Origin: Iphione sp. A-MEVVRFRX5
Lineage: Eukaryota
Direction: 5' to 3'
Assembly: GCA_976226885.1 (NCBI GenBank)
Contig: OZ320316.1
Span: forward strand, 63,798,001 to 63,862,000
Length of the DNA stretch: 64,000 nt
Shown: in pieces, positions 27,658 to 39,600 of the stretch
Position numbering within the stretch: position 1 is the stretch's first letter
Layout of the letters: each line of letters opens with the position of its first letter
Made by a program: the position numbers and the translations under genes
Notes under the pieces: model-generated
What the model was told of the DNA's origin: nothing
The model's input: the letters and a program-made list of their open reading frames with translations, nothing else
Databases searched by the model: none

Positions 27658-30600
27658 AACACACACATACACAAATATTCTGATCTGCGAATAGAGTGAT
27701 GTGAACTTATGGCGAGGGTCGCTTGGTCGACTTTCTCACGTCGGTACAGACTTCCAGAGGGCGGGAGTCGGCATGGGAAGGTACACTCCATCATGGCCGC
27801 GCCAGGTGTGCACCGAACCCGCTTTCCCAGCCACATACAGCCCGACAGAACAGTGGTCCCGACCACAGGGAGGGGTTAGGGGCAGGGTAGAGGTCAGCAC
27901 TCACAGCAAGCGAAAGCCACGTGCTGATAGACGCCAGGCCCCTATAACAGAACCCTGTAGATCTTGTGATCTTCGCCGATAACATGTAGGATCAAAGACA
28001 GTCGCTATGACGGCAGCATGGTCACTGGTACCGACAGCAGACGCCGCGTTCTGAGAAGAATGTCAACTGCACCTAAACCACAACAACCACCGCACGCCTA
28101 TTCTAAACGTGACACACTGGCAGAGGCGCAAATCTGCACAGAGCCATTTTAGAATCCCTTCTAATTGTTTTACTGAGTGTGTTTTTGCTCAAAAGCCAAA
28201 TGCCTTGGAAATCTCATCTGAACGTTCAAACTGTGTGCGCGAAATATGGACTGAGAGACAACTAAAAAGTGAGAAAGATTAGATGACGACCTCCCTTTCG
28301 GGACTATCGAATACTATCAGTGCACTGCTAACCAACAGTACTCCTCAACAGGATTAGCCTTGACTGGCTGCCGTACTGTCTATAGATACGGAACAAACAT
28401 TTGATATTGGAACCATCTCATCTGAAATGCGATGGACTTAGCTTGTGCTCTGTACCTGACACAGAGCCGCTAATCACTCAAATGGCTGTGTACCAATGTA
28501 TATGCGGCATCGGATTACATTACTCCATAGTGGCTATGGGGAGTACGATGGAACACATTCTGTCATTCGACAAGCTGTCAGGACGGATGTCTTTGGGGCC
28601 TATGGGTAGGTAGATCAAGATATTATGAGAAAGCGCAATATCTTCTTCGGTCGATCTAGTAGTAGTGCCAACCCTAGCCCTGCCACACCATCACACCCGC
28701 TAGCCCCCAGTTATCAATGCAAACGATTCGGTTGATCCGCGGCGTGCCGCTCAGCGCCGTCGAATGCCCCAAAGTGTTTCCGCACGTTCTATCAACCACC
28801 AGGCGGCGGCCCGTAAGCAGCCGCCCACTCCAATTTCCTGCCACCGCACGCATCCTTCAGCGGCGCGGGAAATCAGCGCCGATGCGACGGTCGTCGATGG
28901 CGCCGTCGAGGGCGGCGCCATGTGGCCCATCACGTAGGGGGCGGTTGCTGTTTGTCCCGGCGACAAATGCCGAGTCCGTTCAGTGCGCTCTTCTATCTAG
29001 CACCCATATCAAGTGGTGGGAGAGGAAACTGCACGCGGTTATCTGCTTGGCGTTCTTGCCATTAGAACTGTCGCAAACCAACAGGCATACAGGGGCGATT
29101 TTCACCGAAATACATGTACCAAGAGTTCATGGCGTGACCTTTTCGGTGCGATGGTACTACTACACCAAAGGGTAGTCCCTTTTGCATTGATGAGAAAATG
29201 TACTCTAAGACTTCCTCCAGAAAAGGTTGCTATACTTGAGATGAGGATTTCTGCCAATGTGCATTCATATTGAAGTTTCAAAGGGAAATCTGACCTCTGA
29301 TGCCTTCCCCTATGCACGCATAAATGTGCACTGGCTTGACTGGAGGTAAGAAAAAGACTTCAAACCAATCCGTCGCTGGATTCTCTATCATTCTGGGAGT
29401 GCCCGTAGTCAGGGTAAGAAAACTCCCCCAAAGCTAAGATGACAATGAGTGAGCAGGATTTCCCCATCTTCTCTCCCTATTCGACATCACTGATATCGAT
29501 GGCGCATTGAAAAGACTGGTAGCAATATCAGCGGACCTCTCCCTCCTCTAACACTGTTACCTCAAATTGCATGTCATTGGCGTAATAGCGACCAATTTCC
29601 CCGAGCGCGCGCGACCATTTCCGATGCGCCGGTCGCCACAGCCTGCCGCCGCGCCCACCTTGTTTGCCATATAAAGCCCGACTTCCGGGGAGAAGACGAC
29701 AGGGCTTCTGACTGCCGCTAGCAGGGGGCGTAGTGTCGGTTTGATGGAAGGTAGAGGTTGGTGAAAGATATCAATGGCAGGACCCAATCCTCCCTAAAAC
29801 ATACGCACAAATAGACTACTGAGGTCAGAATGGGTCCTCAGTAACCCGGCAATATAACAACTCAGTCGGTTTTCCTATCCCCAACCCTCCCCGTTGCCCT
29901 TTAACTAGTCCTATTCCTAACGTCAACCCTAACCCTTCTCCACCTGCTGTCGCCACATCTGTCAATATGATTTGTTGCCGAACCGTCACTTTGCTAGTCA
30001 TTGTGTCAACAATTTGTAACGCTCGCAATCAGCATGCGAGGAAAGGCCAGTTCAGATTGTCTACATTTTATTTCGCCTCATCAACACACAGTCAATCAAG
30101 CATAAACTAATATGAACCTTGCTTATAATAATATGATACAAATATCTTGGTCGAGGACAAGTACCAACTGTTTCAAAGGCATAGCAATCAAACCCAGGAA
30201 GAATGTGAAGAGGACATGATATTGAACTAGCTTCAGCGAAATGAAAGTTTGTTACAACTGTGCACAGAGTACAAGCTGATAGATTCAGTCCAGGTTCTGT
30301 TACCGCCTCAAACATGCAGTATCTTAATAGGCTCTATCGAAAAAGATGCGGTTAGGTACAAAATATGAATACCTCTTCCGTCCTTCCAAGAGCCTACAGA
30401 GACGACCTCTCTTAGTAAATTACAGAACTCCTAGGTCTCTTTAGGTTGAGAGATCCACAAAGTTGGAATGCCAGATGATCAGCAGCGGTATGCCCAAGTT
30501 TTCACATAAGTGAGAGGGTTAAATGATATAGTTTACAGGAAGAAAACGGAACTGAAAGACGCCTGTTGACAGTTTTACATCGACCTGTGAGGAGAAAAGA

Positions 30601-33600
30601 AATAAAAGAAAGTGGACTTTTGAGATCTAGTGTGTGTGTATTGGTGGGCAAAATATATTGAAATGTAATCATTTCTTCTTCGAATCAAACGAAACAAAAA
30701 TACACCAGCAGGTGGGAGGTGGGAGACACAAACATAGCAAATTAGAGGTTCATATTGCTAGCCTGCAACATTTTTCCTTTAACTTATACAGGATATTTCA
30801 ATATGCTTGGTTTGTGAAAGGACTAGCATGATAATAGAAATCACTTTCATTATGAGAGCAAAATAAAAAGGGATTACAGACCTTTTGTGAAAGGTCACCG
30901 CCCTTGTCTGATGTATCCCTTCATACTGTACAGTCTGTAAAGCAGCACAGCCAAAAAGATTACACTGCCTCGAAAAAGGCTTTCACAAGAACACGTACAT
31001 CTAACAACCATAAGGTGAACACTGTGTTTGCCTTCTTCTGTGGGATCTTCAAACAGATGCAAGTATCATAAAGATGAAAGAGGTAGCTTTGGGAAAACGG
31101 AGTCCTTCATTTTCTGCCGTTATACATCCTCTTCAAAGACGTGAAAAGCATTTACCTCACACATGATGGAGCAAAACAAATGACCAGGGGAAAGCTAAGC
31201 ATGCGACATCAATTTGGAGTTACAAAAGGATTTCTGAGACAGTGCTGAAGATATCCAACTGTGAACTACCGTGAATGGAATGGCCATGCAAACAAGATAA
31301 ACAGTGATACACGAACATTCGCACTACTGAATAATTGTTCCTGAGATTAAATTGATAATGATGATGATTCCATATGCAACGCCTTCAGGTAAAAAGCCTT
31401 CGATGTATTGTGTTATGTTTTCCATCACGTTTTCCGCATAACGACATGTTATGATATGTACATGAATGCAACGGGAACTTTGGCATTACTAGATTTTGGA
31501 ATTCACAGTCACCCAGTGACCACTGGTCAATATTTTAGGGTGTGGACGTCAATAATTATTCTGGTAAGGCTGTGTACACATGTATCTGTAGAAAAGAAAC
31601 GTCTACGGGTCCGTAGCCGTGAAATACCTCCTGTTGTGATTATTTAAGTCCTCCTGTATGCAGTCCCAGATGTTTTTCTACCACTGGAGTCTGAGAAATG
31701 GATGGGTCATCTTAAAAAAAAATCCGTCGGCGACGGATTCAGAAAACGGATATGGAGCCGGATACATTTGAAACGGAGCCATGGTTAGATTTTTAAAAAA
31801 CGTCTACGGAGCCAGGTCCATTTTGAAAATATACGGATGCATGTGAACACTGCCTAACACTGTAAAATTTTGACACGAGTTGGTAAAATCACTGAGAAAA
31901 ACGTAGTGTATCATCTANNNNNNNNNNNNNNNNNNNNNNNNNNNNNNNNNNNNNNNNNNNNNNNNNNNNNNNNNNNNNNNNNNNNNNNNNNNNNNNNNNN
32001 NNNNNNNNNNNNNNNNNNNNNNNNNNNNNNNNNNNNNNNNNNNNNNNNNNNNNNNNNNNATAGGCCTTGGGTGTTTCTGATTACTTTTACTTGTATCGGA
32101 GAGGGTAACCAAAATGCCCTCTGGTTACATCTCGGGAATGGCTGCCTTCTGTTGTATTTGCCACTAAAACATATGATGTAACAGGGAATACATGCATTAA
32201 ACCTGTATGTACTGCTTGGAGGGGATGCTATTCATGGATGGAAATCGAGATTATCTTCAAGGAAAACAGATTTTCTACTCTCCATTCGGGACTGCTTTAT
32301 CTGCAGAAGTTTTTAGATTCAGTTCTCTAATATGGCCCTGTTATTACGTGATGCTTTTGTAACCTACTGTTAAGTTACCTCAACATTATTAACTTCTGGC
32401 ATTACGCTTACGTTACTATTCTTGTAATCCCCACTTTATTGTTGCGATAGCCATTAATATAGGTCGAAAACCTCACAAAAGGTCAAATGTATGGTGCTGT
32501 TCTACAATATGACGTGAGAGATAAACACGTAAAAGTACTACCAGTTTCGTAGGCATTCATTATTGAAAAGGTGGATGTGATGTGTTTTCAGGACCCTTTA
32601 CCCTGACGTGATTGTGCCCAATACTTTATGGGTGTCATTAGTGCGAAAAAAATCTATACATGCATTCGATAGCGTGCTTCAGATTACTGCAGCCCGCTGC
32701 AGCATCGGTCATATATGATGTTTAAAAAAGATAGTGAAACAAAAATGATCGGTGTCCCACCCCATCATCAGCAGATGAATCAGCGACCTTGCACGAATAT
32801 GTCCTTGTCATAATTGGAGTGCTGAACATATGTAATAATTCTTTCGAAGCGAAGTTGAAAATGCAGCAAGACAATAACACCATGGGAAAACAGCGGCCCT
32901 GCGTAACTCAACTGCAGAATATGGTGGCTGGCTCTATGATTTCAGTTGCGTGTCATGGTGGCATTTGCACTGCCATATCTTGAAGACACTGCGATTGATC
33001 CATACCGAACGGGATTGGGCGTCAAGAAATCCCAACCGACAAAGATAACCAGGGTGGGGATGACACTTCGCAAAACGTACAACCTCGCCTGCCTGGTGCA
33101 CTTTTTTCCCTCAGGAACATAGTGGCTCAACGTTGGCACTTGCCATGCGGCCGCCATCGGACTGACTGTTGAGGCGTGAGGTGCTCCCTCCACCTAAACC
33201 TTCACGGCTCGTGCTTCTCGCTATACCCTTCACACGAGGAAGGACTTCACGAGCCAACTCGGCAAAAAGACAACCCGTGCCGTGTCGCCAGCTTTGAAGC
33301 GCAGCGCCATCAGGCGGGCAAAGCGCGCGCTGCCATTAACGTCGAAGATTGCAGCGTATCTCATCGCACCTACAGGTTCTGCCTGACTAATGCCGGCGGC
33401 GATGGTTCAACCAGCCACACCAGCAGCTCGCAGTCTATCCATAACGTACAATATACCCGAAAAATACATGTTACTCAGTTCTTGACGCCCCCAACATTCT
33501 ACAGATTCACGGATATATACATATACACGTGTACATGTGTGTAACGCTATGTTATGTGTGTTTGGACACTGTAACGGCTGCCATCAACAAAGGCAGTGTT

Positions 33601-36600
33601 TCTGCTAGGACATGGCTGTATTTTCCATTCTGCCGTGTCCTGCTTCAGTACTCTATCGGAGGTAAGGATATGTATATTTAGATCTGCCTACATACGGTTT
33701 ATGTCTAGAGTGACATTTATGCGCGTCTTGGGGGAAATAGTTTTGTTATTTTTGTTGTTGAACTATAACTACGGAATCTTAATAATATCGTTGTCATTTC
33801 ATTATTAACACCACAACAAACTGGGCGGCACTAAAATTCTAAACACACCGATGAACATGATCTCATGCGTCTAGTGATGGACACACTATTAAAGGACGCC
33901 ATGTTTACAAGGACAGGCTAGGCTTCAAAAGAGGAGATTCACACCGCATGGATTTCAGCATGCGACTAGCGGGGAGTTTTTCCTCTGTTAGATTGATACT
34001 GACGCTAACCGTCCATCTGCGGGGGAAGAATCGTATATAGGATTTCGGTAGTTGATGTTAATATGCGGTGTCTGCGTTTGCAGATGGTACAGAGCCACTG
34101 TTTGGCTCTGAAACGTGACGAACCAACGTTCGCGAAACATTAAACAACGTCCATTTATAGTATTCTTTTGAGGGCAGGATCAAAGGGAGCAGTTGGTGTC
34201 AGAGGGTGGGTTCTGTTAATTCATTTGGCACAGAGCTAAAGGAATGACTCTCGAGGGAGACTACCGGACGGTGGGTGACATGCCAAGCAGGTCAGCTAAC
34301 CGTAAAAAAATCCATCCAGTTTTAAGTTGTTAGCATCTGCCTCCTTGCCAAGATAAGACAAGAACGCTTCTCTGAGACTCCCTATCCATCTCTCTTATTC
34401 GTGGAGGGAGTGGGAGGGGCGCTGTCATATGCAGGCAGGTAAGATTTTCTCACTTTTGCTACAGATGATACATGCGACGGATGCAAGTTTGCCGGGGTCA
34501 AAAACTACACACTGGAAAGGACATAATGCCATGGTGTGTATAAGCAGGCGTATCTTGTTAACCCATGGCGCATGTCAACTGCAGACACGGCCTGTCGCGA
34601 CACCCACGGGCTGTAGGACGTTAACCATGCGCCCAGCTTGTAAAAGGTCCACCAGGGCCTCGCAACCATCATGCCGCTCCTGAAGCAGCAATATGTGTGG
34701 TCCAACACGCTGCTTCAGTTTTCCAACCTACATCCCATTCCTGTGTTCAATTAAACCCCCCGCGCAACTAGAACATCTTCCGAGTATCTATACCCCCCCC
34801 CGGGCTTACAGCGGTACATAAAAAACGTGTATCAATCTACAGTTACCTACCGTTGAGTCATATCCCTAAATAATACAGAATCCGAATTTTTAAAAGAAAA
34901 AAGGAATCACCCCACGGTGTGGCCGTTGATGGCTTTATGTTGGATTTCAAAGCCACCGGCGTTGGGACTGTGGGGCTATCTCTAGCTGGTGATAGACTGG
35001 GCTGACTGAGGTCATTCCTGTGCAATGTCTTCGGCTCAAGAAGCTCACGTTCGCTGATAACTAGTGGTTGACATACGGAGCTGTCCAAATGTACACAAAC
35101 AGTGGGGCTGGTGATTAGAACCTTCCAGGGGAATGGTTTACACAAGCAGTCAACGTTTTACCCCTCAAGTTCCTCCACGCCTGACTTGAAAGTGTGCTGC
35201 TGCTGTTTTGTGGATAACGCTTCAGCCAAGAGCGTCACAGGATTTGTTTCGAGCCAATTCGACTTTAACATTAATTATTTCGAGGTAGTTTTAAAATACA
35301 AGCTGCGCACGACAGGCATAATGTAATGGACGTTGATACTCATCAATCACGACGTCACCACAGTGCCATGTGATAACCGCCATACGACTCACCTGCAAAA
35401 AATAAGACGAACACAACATATTAGTGAACATGGAAAAGTTTAGCATCAACAGCTTGAAATATCAGCATTCGGTAAGTTTTTAACAACAAAATGAACTTCC
35501 TTCCACACTCCTATTGGGCTAGGCCTGAAAGTTTTATGATGTAAAATTATTACTAGTGTAACAATATACTGTGATTGCGTTCGAAACCAAAATCTCCAAA
35601 AAAAAAATCTACACAATGATAAGTTACTACCAGAGTAGATTAACTGAAGACCCAAGAAATGTAACCATTGTCCATATATTTTTTATATTGTTATAACTAT
35701 TGCACATTGTTTTAAGCCCAGGTGTGTTAAGCCAGGTACAATGAAGTTATAAATTATGAAAGTTCACACAAATGATTAAAGATGAATCTTACATTACAAT
35801 ACATGTATATGCCTATGTTTGTATTATGCTTGTAAGCATGTATGTGTACACAAGCATGAAATCATGCATATATGTAGTTCTGCAGGTCAGTACATTCTTA
35901 GAATTGGGAATAAGGCCCCTTTTGCCCAGTAAACTGTAAACACAGGGTTGTCAAACCAAATTTGATCCTGAATTCTATGGGATCATATGGATGCAGTGTG
36001 GTATATTCATGGATTTATTGTTAATTTAAATGACCAACATAATATCAGGATTTATATCCTTGTCTAAAAATTTGAATTTAGCAAAAAAACTACAGAGCTG
36101 AAGAATGGGTGATAGTCAGGGAGTTTCTACATATTCTTATGTGACCTCTAAGGGCTGGTGAAAAGAAACTAATGATAATTTTGACATGGACTTAATCTAA
36201 AGGTAGTTCTACAGATGTCTTCATTATATCAGTGTTAGCTTTGAAATCAGTGCTAAATGATTATCATAGGCATAAAAATCATAATAGCTCAAAGAAGGAA
36301 ACCCGCTACCTTTCACCTCCACACTAGGTACACTGACCTATATATGGGTAAGGGTACCAGGCTTATCAGCTACTGTGATGTCAATCCCACTTGAAGAATG
36401 TTTTTATGAATATCTGTGTTCACACTCACACTTACCATAATAATGTGTGAGTTGTAACAGTTTCCACCACCAGTCCCAGTTTCAAGTCTATTTATTGGGT
36501 ACACAGGGCCTATATTTATAGCTGAGGTCACAAGACCAACACCAGGTGTAACCAATAAAAGTGGAGCATAGAATTAAAGGATACTAAGTAATCAAGCACA

Positions 36601-39600
36601 ACTCCAATGGAATGTTTCTGACCAATTCGAGACAGCAGCAAGATATAGTATAACCTCTCCAGTACAGGAGACCAATTACTGGGCAGTGGCCCTACAAAAA
36701 TGTAACTTTAATTTCCTAGGTGCCATTTGTGGTGCCACAGGCCTGCATTAGTAACCTGAACAGTCCTTATTTGGCTCTGTAGTGCCATGGACATGCAGTG
36801 GACGAACTCACTACTTCCTTATCTGGTAACAGGTGGCTACATGGTGCCATGTACATGTGCACTGAAACCCTTACTTGGTAGTGGATGATCCAGTGGTACC
36901 ATGGTTATGCAATCAATGACCCTAACAGTTCTGTGGTACCATAGTTATGCATTTATTGACCCTGGCAGTTCTGTGGTGCTACCAAGACTAGTACACATAA
37001 ACCATGCCATCTGGTAGACAGTTTCCAACTTTAGCAAACAGCAATACAATCATTTTATAACCTTTCTACACTATAGACAAATGCATTCAATGCCCTGGGA
37101 TAAGGTACCTATATGCTCAGAGATATAAGCCATCAATTGTACACATTTTCGACAAATAATCTACGTACATATCCAGTTCTATGTTCACAGTGGTCTTGGA
37201 TTTTGATTGAATTCCTATGTAAATATTTGAATTCAATGAAGGTGCATGTGTTTGCATCTGACGGGCAAAAATTAGGCATTTGTTGCACTGTCACACTATA
37301 TGTGCGACCACCCCTTCATTCCGAGCTGCAGTGCTTGTATTAGCGGTTTTGGTCGCATACTGGTCTGAGCTTATATATCATGAGAACACATTCCAAGCTC
37401 ATATATGGTCATTTTAAGGCTTTGGTCACTAAACAGTATGCTCCAAAATTGGCATCCGACTGTAGAAAGCCATCTTAGGGACATGTCTCTAATAGGAACA
37501 AGTCTCGAATGGGGACACTTTGAAGAAGAACGGATTGTCTTATCTACATATTGAAAGGAGGCTCTAAAAGGGACAAGTCACAATTAGGGATACTTTGGGC
37601 AAGAGCCATGAGTGTCTTGATTAGAGACTTTTCACTGTAATAGTAATTAGAAAAATATCCCTTCGCAATCACAGGGATGGGAGAGAGGACCCACATCGAT
37701 TGTAATGACGACATAGAACAGAGTTGGGTAAGAGAAGTGTTCATGTCACAGACAGTAGCTGTCCTGGCGAGTCGGCCCAGTCACCGCTGCTCTATGCAAG
37801 CCGGGGTGGTGTCGGTGGCCGCCCATACTGATAGGCAATCATCAAATTAACGGCACATCTCAAATGCTAATCTGGTATTTGCAAGAATTTACATAGCACA
37901 CAGCTTTCTCATTAGACAGGGAGGGCGAGACAATGGCTTCTATTATTTCATTAGAAGGGCTCAATCCCACAAAACATTTAATTAGCAACCTCATGAATAG
38001 AGGGAAAGAAGGCTTAATAAAAGTAAAAAAGAGAGCGTTGGCCCCATGACTGAGTCAAAGAGGAAGTCTTAATCTGCCTTACCCGATTTAAACGGCTCCT
38101 TCCAAAGGAGAAGCTGGAGTACCACACGTTTATCATAATTGCTGGATACGTGGGTATGTCTATGTGGTCCAGGGTGTCGAAAAGGATTCCCGTAGCAGTA
38201 CCTCTTTAAAGGAGGCTCGAGTGCAGAGAGGTGTATTGTGTTTTATTTCTGATAGGCAATGCTTCACGACTCACTGAACGCTATGTTCACGCTCAGCATC
38301 GATTAGTGGCTGAGTAAAAAGGCCGTGGGTGCTGAGGCGTTCTGCCAGCGGCTGGTGCCACGCGTCGCGACGCCCGCTGCCGCGCTGCGCGCCGGTCGCT
38401 TTGAAGTGTAAGCTGTCACACGCAGCCTGGCGCCCCTCGGCCCTCCCCCTGAAGCCCATGCTTCGATGGACGTGCATTAATGGCGTCCATAATAGCGCTG
38501 CCTGGGCGCTGTCTCGGCGCCAGCAGCCTCGCGCCCGTGAGGAACAGTACCAAACAACTTGTAGCCACCGGCAGCAACCCAAGCATGGCGTGCTCCTGTG
38601 TTTAGACCGCTGGGAATATTTCACTGCGAGGGGTCTTGGTCGCCCCAAACTTGGTCGGGGGCGGTCGATAGGCGGGATCTAATTCAATGGCGAGAACCAC
38701 GCGCGTCAAGCCACTCGCAAACGGCTCTCACCGCTTGTATCTTTGCCCTGTCAGACCGCGTCCGGGCTCCAACGGTGAGGCGGCCCGCCTCGATCAGTAA
38801 TCATCTCATCCAGGCCCGCCATTCACTCACCACTGCCCTCTATCAGACCCGGTATCGACCGTCCGCTGGTCTGCAGCCTACTGCCCTAACACCGCTCATT
38901 GCCACGGCCTCCTTCCTGCTTGATTCACCTCCAAGGGTCCTGGTCCGGGCCATTTGTCACACACAACCTTTAACGGCCTCACCACTCAGAGCCTACCAAT
39001 GTGCCTATGCATGGTCAACCAATCTGGTTTAGATCTCCCGGTATTATGGCGTCGGTCTTGATGGTGGCGATTCAAGCACATGCACTCCTTCACAGTTGGG
39101 TTCTTGGCTGGATGTATAAGTGACGGAATAAAGTTCCACCTCGGACATGCGCCATCGAGCTATACGATGCACACGGTTCGTATAAAACCGATACAGAATC
39201 AGACCCAATAATCTACAGCTCATTCATATTACATAAAATCGCAATATATGTATTCTAATAGCATCAGATAAGAAAGACCCATATGCATGTATAACAAAGA
39301 CCTTGGTTCTATTCCGTTCAAATGACCCCTCTCTGGCGGAGAGAGAAACACGACCCGCGCTCTGATAAGACCCTCTGTGTCAAGCCTGACCAGCATGGAT
39401 TATCTGAGAAAGCCATTCACTTTGCGCGATCATCAACAGTGACGGACCGAATTTAGGTCGGGCACAGGGGGTTCTAAATCACCGCGTTAGTGTGGTTGTT
39501 AATAATGAGATGAACCGGTCCAACTGACCCCTAATGGTCCTAGGCGTTCATCGAGAGACGCCAAAGAAACCCAAGCAACCTTACATCGGGTGTGCCTGCG

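Noticed and set aside
27952-27963. 12-nt match to the 5' part of miR-10 (ACCCTGTAGATC)
   Set aside because: The match stops after 12 nt, the surrounding hairpin is short and bulged, and miR-10 genes reside in Hox clusters.
35945-35960. cagggttgtcaaacc, resembling a hAT terminal repeat
   Set aside because: No matching inverted partner or 8-bp target duplication found nearby.
38271-39032. Several 117-144 aa ORFs in the GC-rich patch
   Set aside because: Overlapping on both strands, no domain motifs or splice-supported structure; expected from low stop-codon frequency in GC-rich DNA.
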